Assembly (NCBI GenBank): GCA_035547815.1
Contig: DASZUB010000034.1
Span: 829-64,828, forward strand
Reading direction: 5' to 3'
Length of the DNA stretch: 64,000 bases
Source: Candidatus Saccharimonadales bacterium
GTDB taxonomy: Bacteria; Patescibacteriota; Saccharimonadia; Saccharimonadales; UBA4665
The notes beneath the pieces were generated by a model. It worked only from the letters and a program-made list of their open reading frames with translations. It searched no databases and was not told the origin of the DNA. The translations under genes were made by a program, and so were the position numbers. How positions within the stretch are numbered: position 1 is the first letter of the stretch; each line of letters begins with the position of its first letter. This document shows positions 55,558-64,000 of this stretch, one piece after another.

Positions 55558-55567
55558 CTGCTATAAT
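55540..55567 (+). promoter_or_regulatory. promoter TTGACC-N16-TATAAT upstream of clpC
   Basis: -35 at 55540-55545 and -10 at 55562-55567. AAGGAGAAG Shine-Dalgarno before ATG 55614. Confidence 0.6.
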
Positions 55568-55613
55568 GGTAACTAGCGATTAAAATAAGATCTCGCTAGA
55601 AGGAGAAGTAAAA

Positions 55614-58109
55614 ATGATGCCGAATTCTCCCGATCCTAATTCCCCTGATTTTCAAGAATTCCTGAACCACCTTACTAACAATGCCCTGCAAAGCCTTAAG
55701 CACGCCGATGCTATAGCTCGCAGTTTTGGCAGTGCCTATGTCGGCACCGAGCATCTCTTGCTGGGTGTGTTGGCCCAAGAGAGCAGTATGGGCGCCAAAG
55801 TACTTGAGGGTGCCGGCGTAACGCTGGACCGTGCCCGCATGGCACTCAATATGACACCTAAGACGCTGGTTATAAACGTTGGCGCTAAGGGGCTCAGCGA
55901 AACCGCCAAGCTGACGCTTAAGATGGCCTATGACGTAGCGCAGGACTACAGCCAGGAATACTGCGGCACGGAACATATCTTATACAGTATATTGAGCCAG
56001 AAAAATGCCCGCGCTACCGTGCTGCTGCGCGACATGAACGTCGACGTCGAAAGTATGACGGGTGAGCTGGAGCAATTCTTCAACCGCCAGCAATATGAAG
56101 AGAGCGACACCGGTACTGGCCGCGGACGGCGTTCCGGCAAGAAGGGCAAAAAGACCGCTCTGGATTTCTTCGGCACCGATCTGACCGCACAGGCTCAAGA
56201 AGGCAAGCTTGACCCGGTCGTCGGTCGTGAAAACCAGATCCGCCGCGTCATTACCATCTTGAACCGACGCACTAAGAACAACCCCGTACTGATCGGCGAG
56301 CCAGGTGTGGGCAAGACTGCTATCGTCGAGGGTCTGGCCCAAAGGATAATCGCCGAGGACGTGCCCGACAGCCTGCTTGACAAGCGGATCGTAATGCTGG
56401 ATCTGGCCGGTATGATCGCCGGCACTAAATACCGCGGCGAATTCGAGGAGCGGCTCAAGAAAGTGATGTCCGAGCTGGAGAAAGACAATCGTACGATAGT
56501 ATTCATAGACGAGCTGCACCTGATAGTCGGCGCCGGCGCCGCTGAGGGCGCCATGGACGCCGGCAACATACTGAAACCGGCACTGGCTCGTGGCAAAATC
56601 CAGGTAATCGGCGCTACGACCACCGCCGAATACACCAAACATATCGAGAAAGATGCCGCCCTGGAACGCCGCTTCCAGCCGATCCAGGTGCCGGAAACCA
56701 CGCCAAGCGAGACCCTGGCCATACTAAAAGGCCTGCGTAAGCACTATGAAGAGTTCCACGGCGTCAAGCTCAGCGACGAAGTCCTGGAAGACGCTGTCAA
56801 TCTCTCTAAGCGCTATGTAAATGACCGTTACATGCCCGACAAAGCCATCGATCTGATCGATGAGACGGCTGCCCATCTGAGGGTCGACAAGGGCAAGACC
56901 AGCCCCGAAGTTCGCAAATTACAGAAAGAGTTGAAGCTGGTCAACGCTCAGATAGAAGAAGCCGTCGACGCCGAGGACTACGAGCGGGCCGCCCGCGCCA
57001 AGACGCGCGCTTCGCAGATCAACGATAAGCTGGCCAAACAGCGGGCTGCCGGCAAGCAGGCCAAACGCCTGAACGTCAGCAGTGAGGATGTCGCCGACGT
57101 CGTAGCCCGCATGACCGGCGTGCCTGTCAAGAACGTCATCCGCAGCGAAGCCAAGTACCTATTGAATCTTGAGAAAGAAATGGGCAAGTTCATAATCGGT
57201 CAGCACGAAGCGGTGGAAGCGGTGGCTCGGGCCATCCGTCGCAACCGCAGCGGCGTCGGCACTGAGAAGCGGCCGATCGGCTCCTTCATCTTCCTTGGAC
57301 CGACAGGCGTCGGCAAGACCGAGCTGGCCCGCGTGCTGGCCCGCGAATTCTTCGGCAGCGAATCGGCCCTCGTCAAGATCGACATGAGCGAATTCGGCGA
57401 ACACCATAACGTATCGCGCCTGGTAGGAGCGCCGGCCGGCTACGTCGGCTATGACGACGGCGGCCAGCTGACTGATAAGATCCGCCGCCAGCCATACAGC
57501 CTGGTGCTGTTCGATGAGATTGAAAAAGCCCATCCGGATGTCTTTAACATGCTATTGCAGCTGCTAGAGGACGGCTATATCACGGACGCCAAGGGGCGGC
57601 GCATCGACTTTACGAATACCATCGTCATCATGACCAGTAACATCGGCGCCGAAAAACTACAGAAAGAGGCTAATTTCGGCTTCCACGCCAGCAAGAAGAA
57701 TGAGCTCAAGGACCTGGAAGAGCTGCACGAGGCCAACCAGGAGCGCGTCCAGGCTGAGCTTAAGAAAATGCTTCGGCCGGAGCTGCTGAACCGCATAGAT
57801 AAGACCATCGTTTTCCGCGCGCTGACCAAAGAAGATATCTACAAGATAATCGACCTGCAGATCAACGAGCTGAAGGATCGCTTGCAGCGCAAAGGCCTTA
57901 GCATCCAGCTGAACAGCGGCGCCAAGCAATACCTGCTAGAACGCGGCTACGACGCAAAGAACGGTGTCCGGCCACTGCGCCGGCTGATCCAGGACACCAT
58001 AGAGGACCATCTGGCGCTGGATATGCTGGATGAAAAATACAATAAAGGTGATATTATTCAGGTAGCACGCAAAAACAAGCAGCTTACCTATGCCACCGTC
58101 ACCGAATAA
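55614..58109 (+). CDS. clpC: ATP-dependent Clp protease ATP-binding subunit ClpC
   Basis: Clp_N repeats, two AAA+ modules (GEPGVGKT and GPTGVGKT), and a UVR-like linker ([14 protein letters not shown]). Confidence 0.95.
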   Translation: MMPNSPDPNSPDFQEFLNHLTNNALQSLKHADAIARSFGSAYVGTEHLLLGVLAQESSMGAKVLEGAGVTLDRARMALNMTPKTLVINVGAKGLSETAKLTLKMAYDVAQDYSQEYCGTEHILYSILSQKNARATVLLRDMNVDVESMTGELEQFFNRQQYEESDTGTGRGRRSGKKGKKTALDFFGTDLTAQAQEGKLDPVVGRENQIRRVITILNRRTKNNPVLIGEPGVGKTAIVEGLAQRIIAEDVPDSLLDKRIVMLDLAGMIAGTKYRGEFEERLKKVMSELEKDNRTIVFIDELHLIVGAGAAEGAMDAGNILKPALARGKIQVIGATTTAEYTKHIEKDAALERRFQPIQVPETTPSETLAILKGLRKHYEEFHGVKLSDEVLEDAVNLSKRYVNDRYMPDKAIDLIDETAAHLRVDKGKTSPEVRKLQKELKLVNAQIEEAVDAEDYERAARAKTRASQINDKLAKQRAAGKQAKRLNVSSEDVADVVARMTGVPVKNVIRSEAKYLLNLEKEMGKFIIGQHEAVEAVARAIRRNRSGVGTEKRPIGSFIFLGPTGVGKTELARVLAREFFGSESALVKIDMSEFGEHHNVSRLVGAPAGYVGYDDGGQLTDKIRRQPYSLVLFDEIEKAHPDVFNMLLQLLEDGYITDAKGRRIDFTNTIVIMTSNIGAEKLQKEANFGFHASKKNELKDLEELHEANQERVQAELKKMLRPELLNRIDKTIVFRALTKEDIYKIIDLQINELKDRLQRKGLSIQLNSGAKQYLLERGYDAKNGVRPLRRLIQDTIEDHLALDMLDEKYNKGDIIQVARKNKQLTYATVTE

Positions 58110-59130
58110 AAACAAGTCATTTACTAGCAGCCCGGCAAAGTCTGCAAAAGGCAGGCTGGCCGGGCTTGTCGGTGTCCTGATACTGCTTGGGTTGTGCCTG
58201 GCCGTCGTGGTTTACAGGCAGCCGCTGAATGATTGGTGGCGGCTCCGCGGCTACCGGCCACCATCCGACATAAGCCGCTTGGCCGACCAAGACACCATGA
58301 CGCCGTATGCGCGGCGCCTGTTCTATCTCAATAATCCTCAACTGGTATCTTCTGTGACCAGCTTCCGCAAGGACTGTCCGGAAAATGAAGACGCGATCGT
58401 GCTGGGGTGCTATCATCCGGGTGAAAATGGCATATACATCTATAATGTCAAGACTCCGGATTTGCAGGGCGTGGCCCAGGTGACGGCCGCACACGAAGAC
58501 CTGCATGCCATTTACGAGCGCTTAAGCGATAAAGACAGGCAGCATGTCGACAGCCTGCTGCAAAATTATTACCAGCATGGCTTGACCAACCAGCGGGTCA
58601 AGGACGAGATCAGCCTGTACAAGAAGACGGAACCGAACTCGGTGCTTGATGAAATGCATTCGACATTCGGCACCGAAGTCGATAATTTGCCGCCCGCGCT
58701 TGAGACTTATTATAAGCAATACTTTAGCAATCGGGCGGGCATCGTGGCTCTCAGCGACCGCTACGAAGAAGCTTTTACGGACCGGCAAGCCCAAATCAGT
58801 CAGGATGACCAGCGGCTAGCTGCTATGAAAGAGCAGATTGACAGCCAGCAAGCCGCCTTACAGTCACAGCTCCAGAAACTTAATGACACCCAAGACCATC
58901 TCAAAGCCCTATTGGACGCCGGCCAGACCGAAGAATATAATGCCGGTGTGCCAGATTACAATTCCCAAGTGCAGTCTTATAACGGAAGTGTTGCCGCCCT
59001 CAGGTCGTCCATAGCCAGTTACAACCAGCTGGTCAAAGCGCGAAACGTCATAGCCCAACAGCTGACGGACCTGGACAAGGCGCTGGACACCCGCATGGCG
59101 CCGAAGGCCCAATCATCGGCGGCAAATTAA
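58090..59130 (+). CDS. membrane-anchored hypothetical protein with HExxH motif and Q-rich coiled-coil C-terminus
   Basis: It overlaps the clpC 3' end by 20 nt. It has an N-terminal TM, an AAHEDLHAIY motif (HEDLH at 58492-58506), and a long heptad-like Q/L-rich tail. Confidence 0.6.
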   Translation: MPPSPNKNKSFTSSPAKSAKGRLAGLVGVLILLGLCLAVVVYRQPLNDWWRLRGYRPPSDISRLADQDTMTPYARRLFYLNNPQLVSSVTSFRKDCPENEDAIVLGCYHPGENGIYIYNVKTPDLQGVAQVTAAHEDLHAIYERLSDKDRQHVDSLLQNYYQHGLTNQRVKDEISLYKKTEPNSVLDEMHSTFGTEVDNLPPALETYYKQYFSNRAGIVALSDRYEEAFTDRQAQISQDDQRLAAMKEQIDSQQAALQSQLQKLNDTQDHLKALLDAGQTEEYNAGVPDYNSQVQSYNGSVAALRSSIASYNQLVKARNVIAQQLTDLDKALDTRMAPKAQSSAAN

Positions 59131-59210
59131 ATTATTTCATTAACTAGACAGTTTGGGTCGGCAGGCGTACGCTGAAATGCTAAACTTTAATTGATGGGAG
59201 AACAAACATA

Positions 59211-60566
59211 GTGGCTAAAAAGACATCTACGCGCTACGTCTGTGCTAACTGCGGTGCTATATCCAGCACCTGGAGCGGTAAATGTCTGCAGTGCGGAGAG
59301 TGGAACACGCTTCAGGAAGAGCTTACGCCCGAGGCTATATCCGGCAGCGTGTCCAGCGGACATGCCCTTAAGCCGCGGTCGGTAGATGATTCTGTAGATA
59401 AGGATCAAAAGCGCCTAATCAGTGGCATATCAGATGTCGATCTAGTAATGGGTGGCGGCATAGTCGCCGGTAGCGTCAATTTATTGGCCGGCCAGCCGGG
59501 AATCGGCAAAAGTACGCTGTTGTTGCAGTTGGCTTACGCTGTAGCTGGCAAGGCGGCCGTGCTATATGTCAGCGGGGAAGAATCCGAACATCAGATAGGG
59601 CTTAGGGCTAAGCGGCTCGGTACCCTGAAATCTGACCTGCGTCTGGCGGCCAGCAATTCGGCGGATGATATAGCCGCCACCATAGCCAGCGGCAAGTACC
59701 AGCTAGTTATCGTAGATTCCGTGCAGACGGTGAGCTGCGCCGCAGTGGCTTCGGCGGCTGGCAGCGTTTCCCAGATAACCAACAGCACCAGACTGCTCAC
59801 AGAAGCTGCCAAAAAATCCAATACGGCGCTGCTTTTGGTCGGACACGTGACCAAAGAAGGCTCGATAGCCGGCCCCAAAGTCCTGGAGCACGTCGTCGAT
59901 GTCGTGCTGCAGCTGGAGGGGGACCGTTATGGCGGTTTCAAAGTCCTGAGGGCCGCCAAGAACCGTTTTGGCTCGACCAACGAAGCGGGCATCTTCGAGA
60001 TGGCAGAAGAAGGCCTGAAGGCCGTGGAGAACCCTTCGGCCGCCTTGTTGGCCGAAAGACAAGACAGTGACGGCTCGGTGGTATTGGCCGCCCTGGAGGG
60101 AACGCGGCCCGTGCTGGTGGAAGTCCAAGCCCTGGTGAACCGCACCAGCTACGGATATCCTAAGCGCGCCGCCAGCGGTTTTGACCTGAACCGCCTGAAT
60201 CTTCTGGTCGCCATGCTCGAGAGGCGGACCAAGCTGAAATTATCTGAGCAAGACATATATATCAACGTCGTCGGAGGTATACAGATACGTGAACCGGCGG
60301 CCGACCTGGCGATCTGTCTGGCTATCGGCTCTGCGGCCAAAGGCATGCGGCTCAAGAGGAATGCCGTGATATTTGGCGAGGTCGGCCTGTCTGGTGAAGT
60401 CCGGCATGTCCCGTACGCCGATAAAAGACTTGCCGAAGCCAAGAAACTCGGTTTTGACGGTGCTATCGGGCCGGCGTCAAAGAAGACGACGGGCAAGAGG
60501 TTGTCCGGACTCCATCCGGTGAAAGACGTCCGTGCCGCGCTCAACCAATTCCTGGAAAAAGACTAG
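59211..60566 (+). CDS. radA: DNA repair protein RadA
   Basis: C4 zinc finger (CANCG..CLQCGEWNT), GQPGIGKST Walker A, KNRFG motif, and a Lon-like C-terminal domain. GTG start after GGGAG. Confidence 0.95.
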   Translation: MAKKTSTRYVCANCGAISSTWSGKCLQCGEWNTLQEELTPEAISGSVSSGHALKPRSVDDSVDKDQKRLISGISDVDLVMGGGIVAGSVNLLAGQPGIGKSTLLLQLAYAVAGKAAVLYVSGEESEHQIGLRAKRLGTLKSDLRLAASNSADDIAATIASGKYQLVIVDSVQTVSCAAVASAAGSVSQITNSTRLLTEAAKKSNTALLLVGHVTKEGSIAGPKVLEHVVDVVLQLEGDRYGGFKVLRAAKNRFGSTNEAGIFEMAEEGLKAVENPSAALLAERQDSDGSVVLAALEGTRPVLVEVQALVNRTSYGYPKRAASGFDLNRLNLLVAMLERRTKLKLSEQDIYINVVGGIQIREPAADLAICLAIGSAAKGMRLKRNAVIFGEVGLSGEVRHVPYADKRLAEAKKLGFDGAIGPASKKTTGKRLSGLHPVKDVRAALNQFLEKD

Positions 60567-60585
60567 GGGCTTAAACCCTCTGAAC

Positions 60586-63561
60586 CTAAGGGCCGCTGTG
60601 GGAATTATTGGGCTTGTTATTGTGCGTGTTCGGTTTGTTCTGGGTAGGCGCCTGAGGGGTCGGTACGTTGTAGCTGAAGTTCTGGCTTTGGGAGTCGCTA
60701 TAGAGCACGCTGTCAGTCACGGTCACCGTCAGCGTCCCACTCTTCGTGGATGACGCCCCATAGTTGAAGGAGACCGTACTCGGTGAATTAGTTATCTGGA
60801 AGCTCTTCAGTGGCGTGCCGTTCAAGCTGAAAGTAATCGTACCGGGGAAGTTGGGGTAGTGCGGGTCATTGAACGGGTGCGTGCCCTGGGTGGCGGTGGC
60901 CGTGATGGTACACGGCGTACCGGATTGCGAGCTGCAGCTGGTGGGCGCCGTCAAGGTGACGGTCGGCGGACTATCATTACAGTTATGAACGTCGTCGCTG
61001 GCGGTCGGCGTGCTGCTGCCACCACTATTGTTGCTGCTGCCGACGTTGGGCGTCCCGCCGTTGAATATGTCGACGTTCCAGGTAGAAACGTTGGAATTAT
61101 AGGCGTATTGTTTGGCGGACTGCGGGGTACAGCTGGTGGCCAACTTGCCGGATACCTTGTCGATGGTCTGCGAGTTGTTCTTGCCGGAGTTGCCGCCGAC
61201 ATACCAGGACGGATAGAGGTCATTCGATGGGCTTGGCTCGACGTCGCCGAAGTGGATGTGGTTGCGTACGATGAAGGCCGGCTCGGTCTTGATATCCTTC
61301 GGCTGGTTCCAATTGCTCGGCTTCAAGTTCTGGTGAGCGTATTCCATCATACTTCGTGTCAACGGCTCCGTCAGATACTCCATGGACGTATTAAGTGAGA
61401 CATTACGAGTATGGTTGCCGACCCAGGAGACTACGGCATACTTCGTCGACCAGCTGGTCATCAGGCCGTCGTAACCGTCGTTGGTGGTACCCGTCTTGAC
61501 CGCGAACTTCCATCCGTTGTAGTGCTGGAACTTGTAACCGCCGTAACAGGTGTAATCGGTACATGAGCCGGGCAGGTATGAGGCGTTCGGGTCACTCAAC
61601 ATGCTGTTGACTATGTAGGCCGAGTCCTGCTTGATGACCTGCTTGCCCTGGGGCTGCTTCCACTGGTAGACATCTTTGCCCGAAGCGTCGGTAATTTTCA
61701 ATATGTAGGTGCGCGGGATGGCCTTGCCCAAGCGTCCAAGGGTAGCCAGGCCGTTGACATGGTCGTCCAAGTGCAGGTAGGCGCCGTCACCGATGGCCGA
61801 CGCTCCGTAACACTGGGTCGTCTTGGTCAGGGCCGCGTCCGAATAGCAGTTGTAAGAACTCTTTTTCTGCGACTGGTTGTAGTTATTGTCCATCATAGCC
61901 GAGGCGGTGCTGATGACTTTGTTGACCGACTTGGTGTAAGGGCTCTTGTCGCCGGGGGAGGATTCCAGCATGGCTTTCACGGCCGGCACGTTACGGGAGC
62001 CGCCGATAGCGTACCTAAGCGTCAACGGGCCAGGATACAAGAAGTCGTAGTCCTCCAGGCAGTTGCCGTCGCCCTTAGGTGGCGGCAAGCCCTTCTTGGT
62101 ACACGGGTATCCCGGTAGTGCGCCCTGTGTGTCGTAAAGCACGGAACCGGCGCCGACATTATTATTGTTGTTGATGAATGTCGCGTAGTCATATGGCTTG
62201 AAACTGGAGCCTGGCGGTATCAGGATGCCTGCGGCATAGTTGTTTTGGCCGTAATCAGGGTTGCTGAAGTCGGTGCCGCCGACCAGGGCCATCATTTGGC
62301 CCGTAGGCACATCCTCCATGACCAGGGCCTCTTCGTCGGCCCCGTAGTTTGAAATGTTAGGTATGTTGGACTGCACCAGCTGCTCGGCCTTATTCTGCAG
62401 GTCCATATTAAGTGTCGTTATGACCTGCCAGCCGCCGCGCTGGACGGTAGCCGCGCCGTAGGTCTGTTCCAGCTCTTGTTTGGCGGCCAGCACGAAGTAC
62501 GGGGCTTTTATGCCCTGGTACTTCGGCGCCTGAGCGTGGATCTGCGCTAAGACGTCGACCTTTTTGGCGGCATCCGCCTCCTGCCGGGTTATATATCCCT
62601 GGGTAGCCATCTGATCCAAGATGTAGTGCTGGCGGTTCAGAAGTGCCGGCTTATTGAAGGTACTTTCGGTAACCGACTGGTTGTACTGGCTACTGGCATA
62701 GGGTGAATAGTAACTGGGGGATTGCGGTATGGCAGCCAACATCGAAGCCTGCGACAGTGTCAGGTCCTTGCAACTCTTATGGAAGTAGTCGTTGGCCGCG
62801 GCCTCGCAGCCGTATTCGACACCGCCATACGGGGCGATATTGAGATAGCCTGTCAGGATGTCGCTCTTAGAATATTCACGCTCCAGTTCGACGGCCAGAA
62901 TAAGCTCCTTGACCTTGCGTGTCACGGTACGATTGGTCGTCCAGTTCTCGTTCAGTTTGACGAGCTGCTGGGTAATCGTCGAACCTCCCTGTACGCTGCC
63001 GCCGCCACCGAATATATCGTGGAAGCCGGCACGCATGATACCGCGCACGTCGAAGGCGCCGTGCTTATAAAAGTCCTTGTCCTCGATCGCCACCGTGGCG
63101 TTCTTCATATAAGGGGAAATCTGGTCGCTTTTGACAGGGATGCGCTTGACGGCGTCGTAATCCTGCCAGAGCACGATCTTACCTGTACGGTCATAATAAG
63201 TGATACTGCCGCCCAGGTTGTCGCCGGCGATATCTTTAATCTTGGGCAGGTCTTTGCGGAAGTAAGCGAACAGGCCGATGGTCAGGAAAAACCCGACGAC
63301 GATGGCTACGCCGATGATCTTGAGGGCCATGATTCCGCCTTCGCGGCTGAACCAGTAGGCTGCCAAGTGTTTAGGCTGCAATCTGTAAGCCAGCCGTTTC
63401 AAGCGGCCTTTTGGCAAAGTGCTCAGATAAGTGGCCCTATCGGCGGCCCGCGCCGCACGGGCGGCTTTGACGCGGTCGCTCAATGAACGGTTAAGCGGAA
63501 TAGTTTTTCCACTTTTAGTAGTGATACTGTTTCGGGGGCGTCGACTGCGTCTGGGGCTCAT
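60586..63561 (-). CDS. class A penicillin-binding protein (PBP1A-type transglycosylase/transpeptidase) with C-terminal extension
   Basis: GT51 motifs (EDKDFYKHGAFD, GGSTITQQLVK, RKVKELILAVELE), transpeptidase SSFKP and KTGTTND, and an S/T/N/P-rich Ig-like tail. Confidence 0.93.
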   Translation of the reverse strand: MSPRRSRRPRNSITTKSGKTIPLNRSLSDRVKAARAARAADRATYLSTLPKGRLKRLAYRLQPKHLAAYWFSREGGIMALKIIGVAIVVGFFLTIGLFAYFRKDLPKIKDIAGDNLGGSITYYDRTGKIVLWQDYDAVKRIPVKSDQISPYMKNATVAIEDKDFYKHGAFDVRGIMRAGFHDIFGGGGSVQGGSTITQQLVKLNENWTTNRTVTRKVKELILAVELEREYSKSDILTGYLNIAPYGGVEYGCEAAANDYFHKSCKDLTLSQASMLAAIPQSPSYYSPYASSQYNQSVTESTFNKPALLNRQHYILDQMATQGYITRQEADAAKKVDVLAQIHAQAPKYQGIKAPYFVLAAKQELEQTYGAATVQRGGWQVITTLNMDLQNKAEQLVQSNIPNISNYGADEEALVMEDVPTGQMMALVGGTDFSNPDYGQNNYAAGILIPPGSSFKPYDYATFINNNNNVGAGSVLYDTQGALPGYPCTKKGLPPPKGDGNCLEDYDFLYPGPLTLRYAIGGSRNVPAVKAMLESSPGDKSPYTKSVNKVISTASAMMDNNYNQSQKKSSYNCYSDAALTKTTQCYGASAIGDGAYLHLDDHVNGLATLGRLGKAIPRTYILKITDASGKDVYQWKQPQGKQVIKQDSAYIVNSMLSDPNASYLPGSCTDYTCYGGYKFQHYNGWKFAVKTGTTNDGYDGLMTSWSTKYAVVSWVGNHTRNVSLNTSMEYLTEPLTRSMMEYAHQNLKPSNWNQPKDIKTEPAFIVRNHIHFGDVEPSPSNDLYPSWYVGGNSGKNNSQTIDKVSGKLATSCTPQSAKQYAYNSNVSTWNVDIFNGGTPNVGSSNNSGGSSTPTASDDVHNCNDSPPTVTLTAPTSCSSQSGTPCTITATATQGTHPFNDPHYPNFPGTITFSLNGTPLKSFQITNSPSTVSFNYGASSTKSGTLTVTVTDSVLYSDSQSQNFSYNVPTPQAPTQNKPNTHNNKPNNSHSGP

Positions 63562-63678
63562 AAATATTCCAGACTATTATAGCAAAAGCTCGTTGTAAAC
63601 TACTCATATTTTTGCGGCGGCATTTCAGTTTTTGCTCAGCTTGGTAGGACTCCGCCGCATAAGCTATAATTAACCCCG

Positions 63679-64000
63679 ATGACACTATCAGAAGAATTGG
63701 CCTGGCGCGGTTTCGTAAACCAGACTACTTTCAGCGACCCTGCGGCCCTGGATGGCCAGCCGATTACTTTTTATTGGGGTGTCGACCCCAGTGCCGATTC
63801 CATGACTGTCGGCAACCTGGCCATCGCTATGATGGTCAGGCACTTTATAGAACACGGGCATAATGCTGTCCTGCTGGTAGGCGGCGCCACCGGCCTGATA
63901 GGCGACCCCGATGGCAAAAAAGCTGAGCGTGAACTCCAGTCGCCAGAGCAGATAACAGCTAATAAAGAAAAGATTGCTGGGCAGTACCGCACGATCTTCG
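63679..64000 (+). CDS. tyrS: tyrosine--tRNA ligase, N-terminal fragment (3' end outside window)
   Basis: It has LAWRGFVNQTT, FYWGVDPSADSMTVGNL (HIGH-region equivalent) and LVGGATGLIGDP. The frame is open to the window edge, so it is absent from the ORF track. Confidence 0.85.
   Translation, partial: MTLSEELAWRGFVNQTTFSDPAALDGQPITFYWGVDPSADSMTVGNLAIAMMVRHFIEHGHNAVLLVGGATGLIGDPDGKKAERELQSPEQITANKEKIAGQYRTIF

Noticed and set aside
60567-60585. A possible bidirectional terminator between radA and the PBP gene (AGGG-N7-CCCT).
   Set aside because: The stem is only 4 bp with no flanking T or A runs, which is too weak to call.
1-64000. An alternative genetic code (UGA recoding, as in some CPR lineages).
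   Set aside because: TGA clearly terminates well-conserved proteins at their expected lengths (pheS, the PNPOx-like gene, gatA, the tkt-associated ORFs). It also forms the recurrent ATGA stop/start overlaps, so the standard bacterial code applies.
1-64000. A search for CRISPR arrays, tRNA/rRNA genes, transposases, integrases, prophage genes and DGR-type reverse transcriptases.
   Set aside because: I saw no spaced direct repeats, cloverleaf-like sequences (no GGTTCGAATCC-type T-arms in intergenic DNA) or mobile-element ORFs. The intergenic regions are nearly all under 130 nt.

Overview
This is a very gene-dense stretch of core chromosome using the standard genetic code (TGA is a stop). Genes frequently overlap by 1-20 nt, and I saw no rRNA, tRNA, CRISPR array, transposase, integrase or phage genes. 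Content is mostly housekeeping. Translation genes are pheS/pheT, gatCAB, tyrS (5' part) and rplS. DNA and transcription genes are dnaE, uvrB, radA, rnhB, yraN, nusA and rmuC (3' part). Proteostasis and redox genes are clpC, an FKBP isomerase, pepN, trxB and an NrdH-like redoxin. Envelope genes are a class A PBP, galU, cfa and glpQ. A pilin and a PilB-type ATPase are the only type IV pilus parts present. A central-carbon cluster at 13.5-22.7 kb holds ppa, gap, rpiB, rpe, a split transketolase, class II fba and two tandem PfkB kinases. The split transketolase, scattered pilus genes, many orphan ORFs and extreme compaction suggest a reduced-genome bacterium of the Patescibacteria/CPR type, possibly Saccharibacteria-like. 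That assignment is inference only. The points most worth a second look: (1) a 415-aa orphan protein translationally coupled to a TIGR00725/LOG-like (SLOG) protein; (2) a cysteine-free cupredoxin-like protein followed by a 1396-aa beta-helix/Ig/FN3 surface protein; (3) small ORFs wedged, with ATGA overlaps, inside normally contiguous subunit operons (pheS-X-pheT, gatA-X-gatB, tktN-X-tktC, rpiB-X-rpe); (4) a perfect CIRCE (HrcA) operator over the clpC promoter; (5) a promoter-proximal intrinsic terminator in the nusA leader; (6) at least 16 transcription units whose ATG lies 6-11 nt after a -10 box, implying leaderless mRNAs; (7) convergent genes joined by palindromic shared stop codons (CTAG, TAATTA) with no room for terminators. 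I cannot show that any single locus is a new system. The candidates are ranked by interest score.
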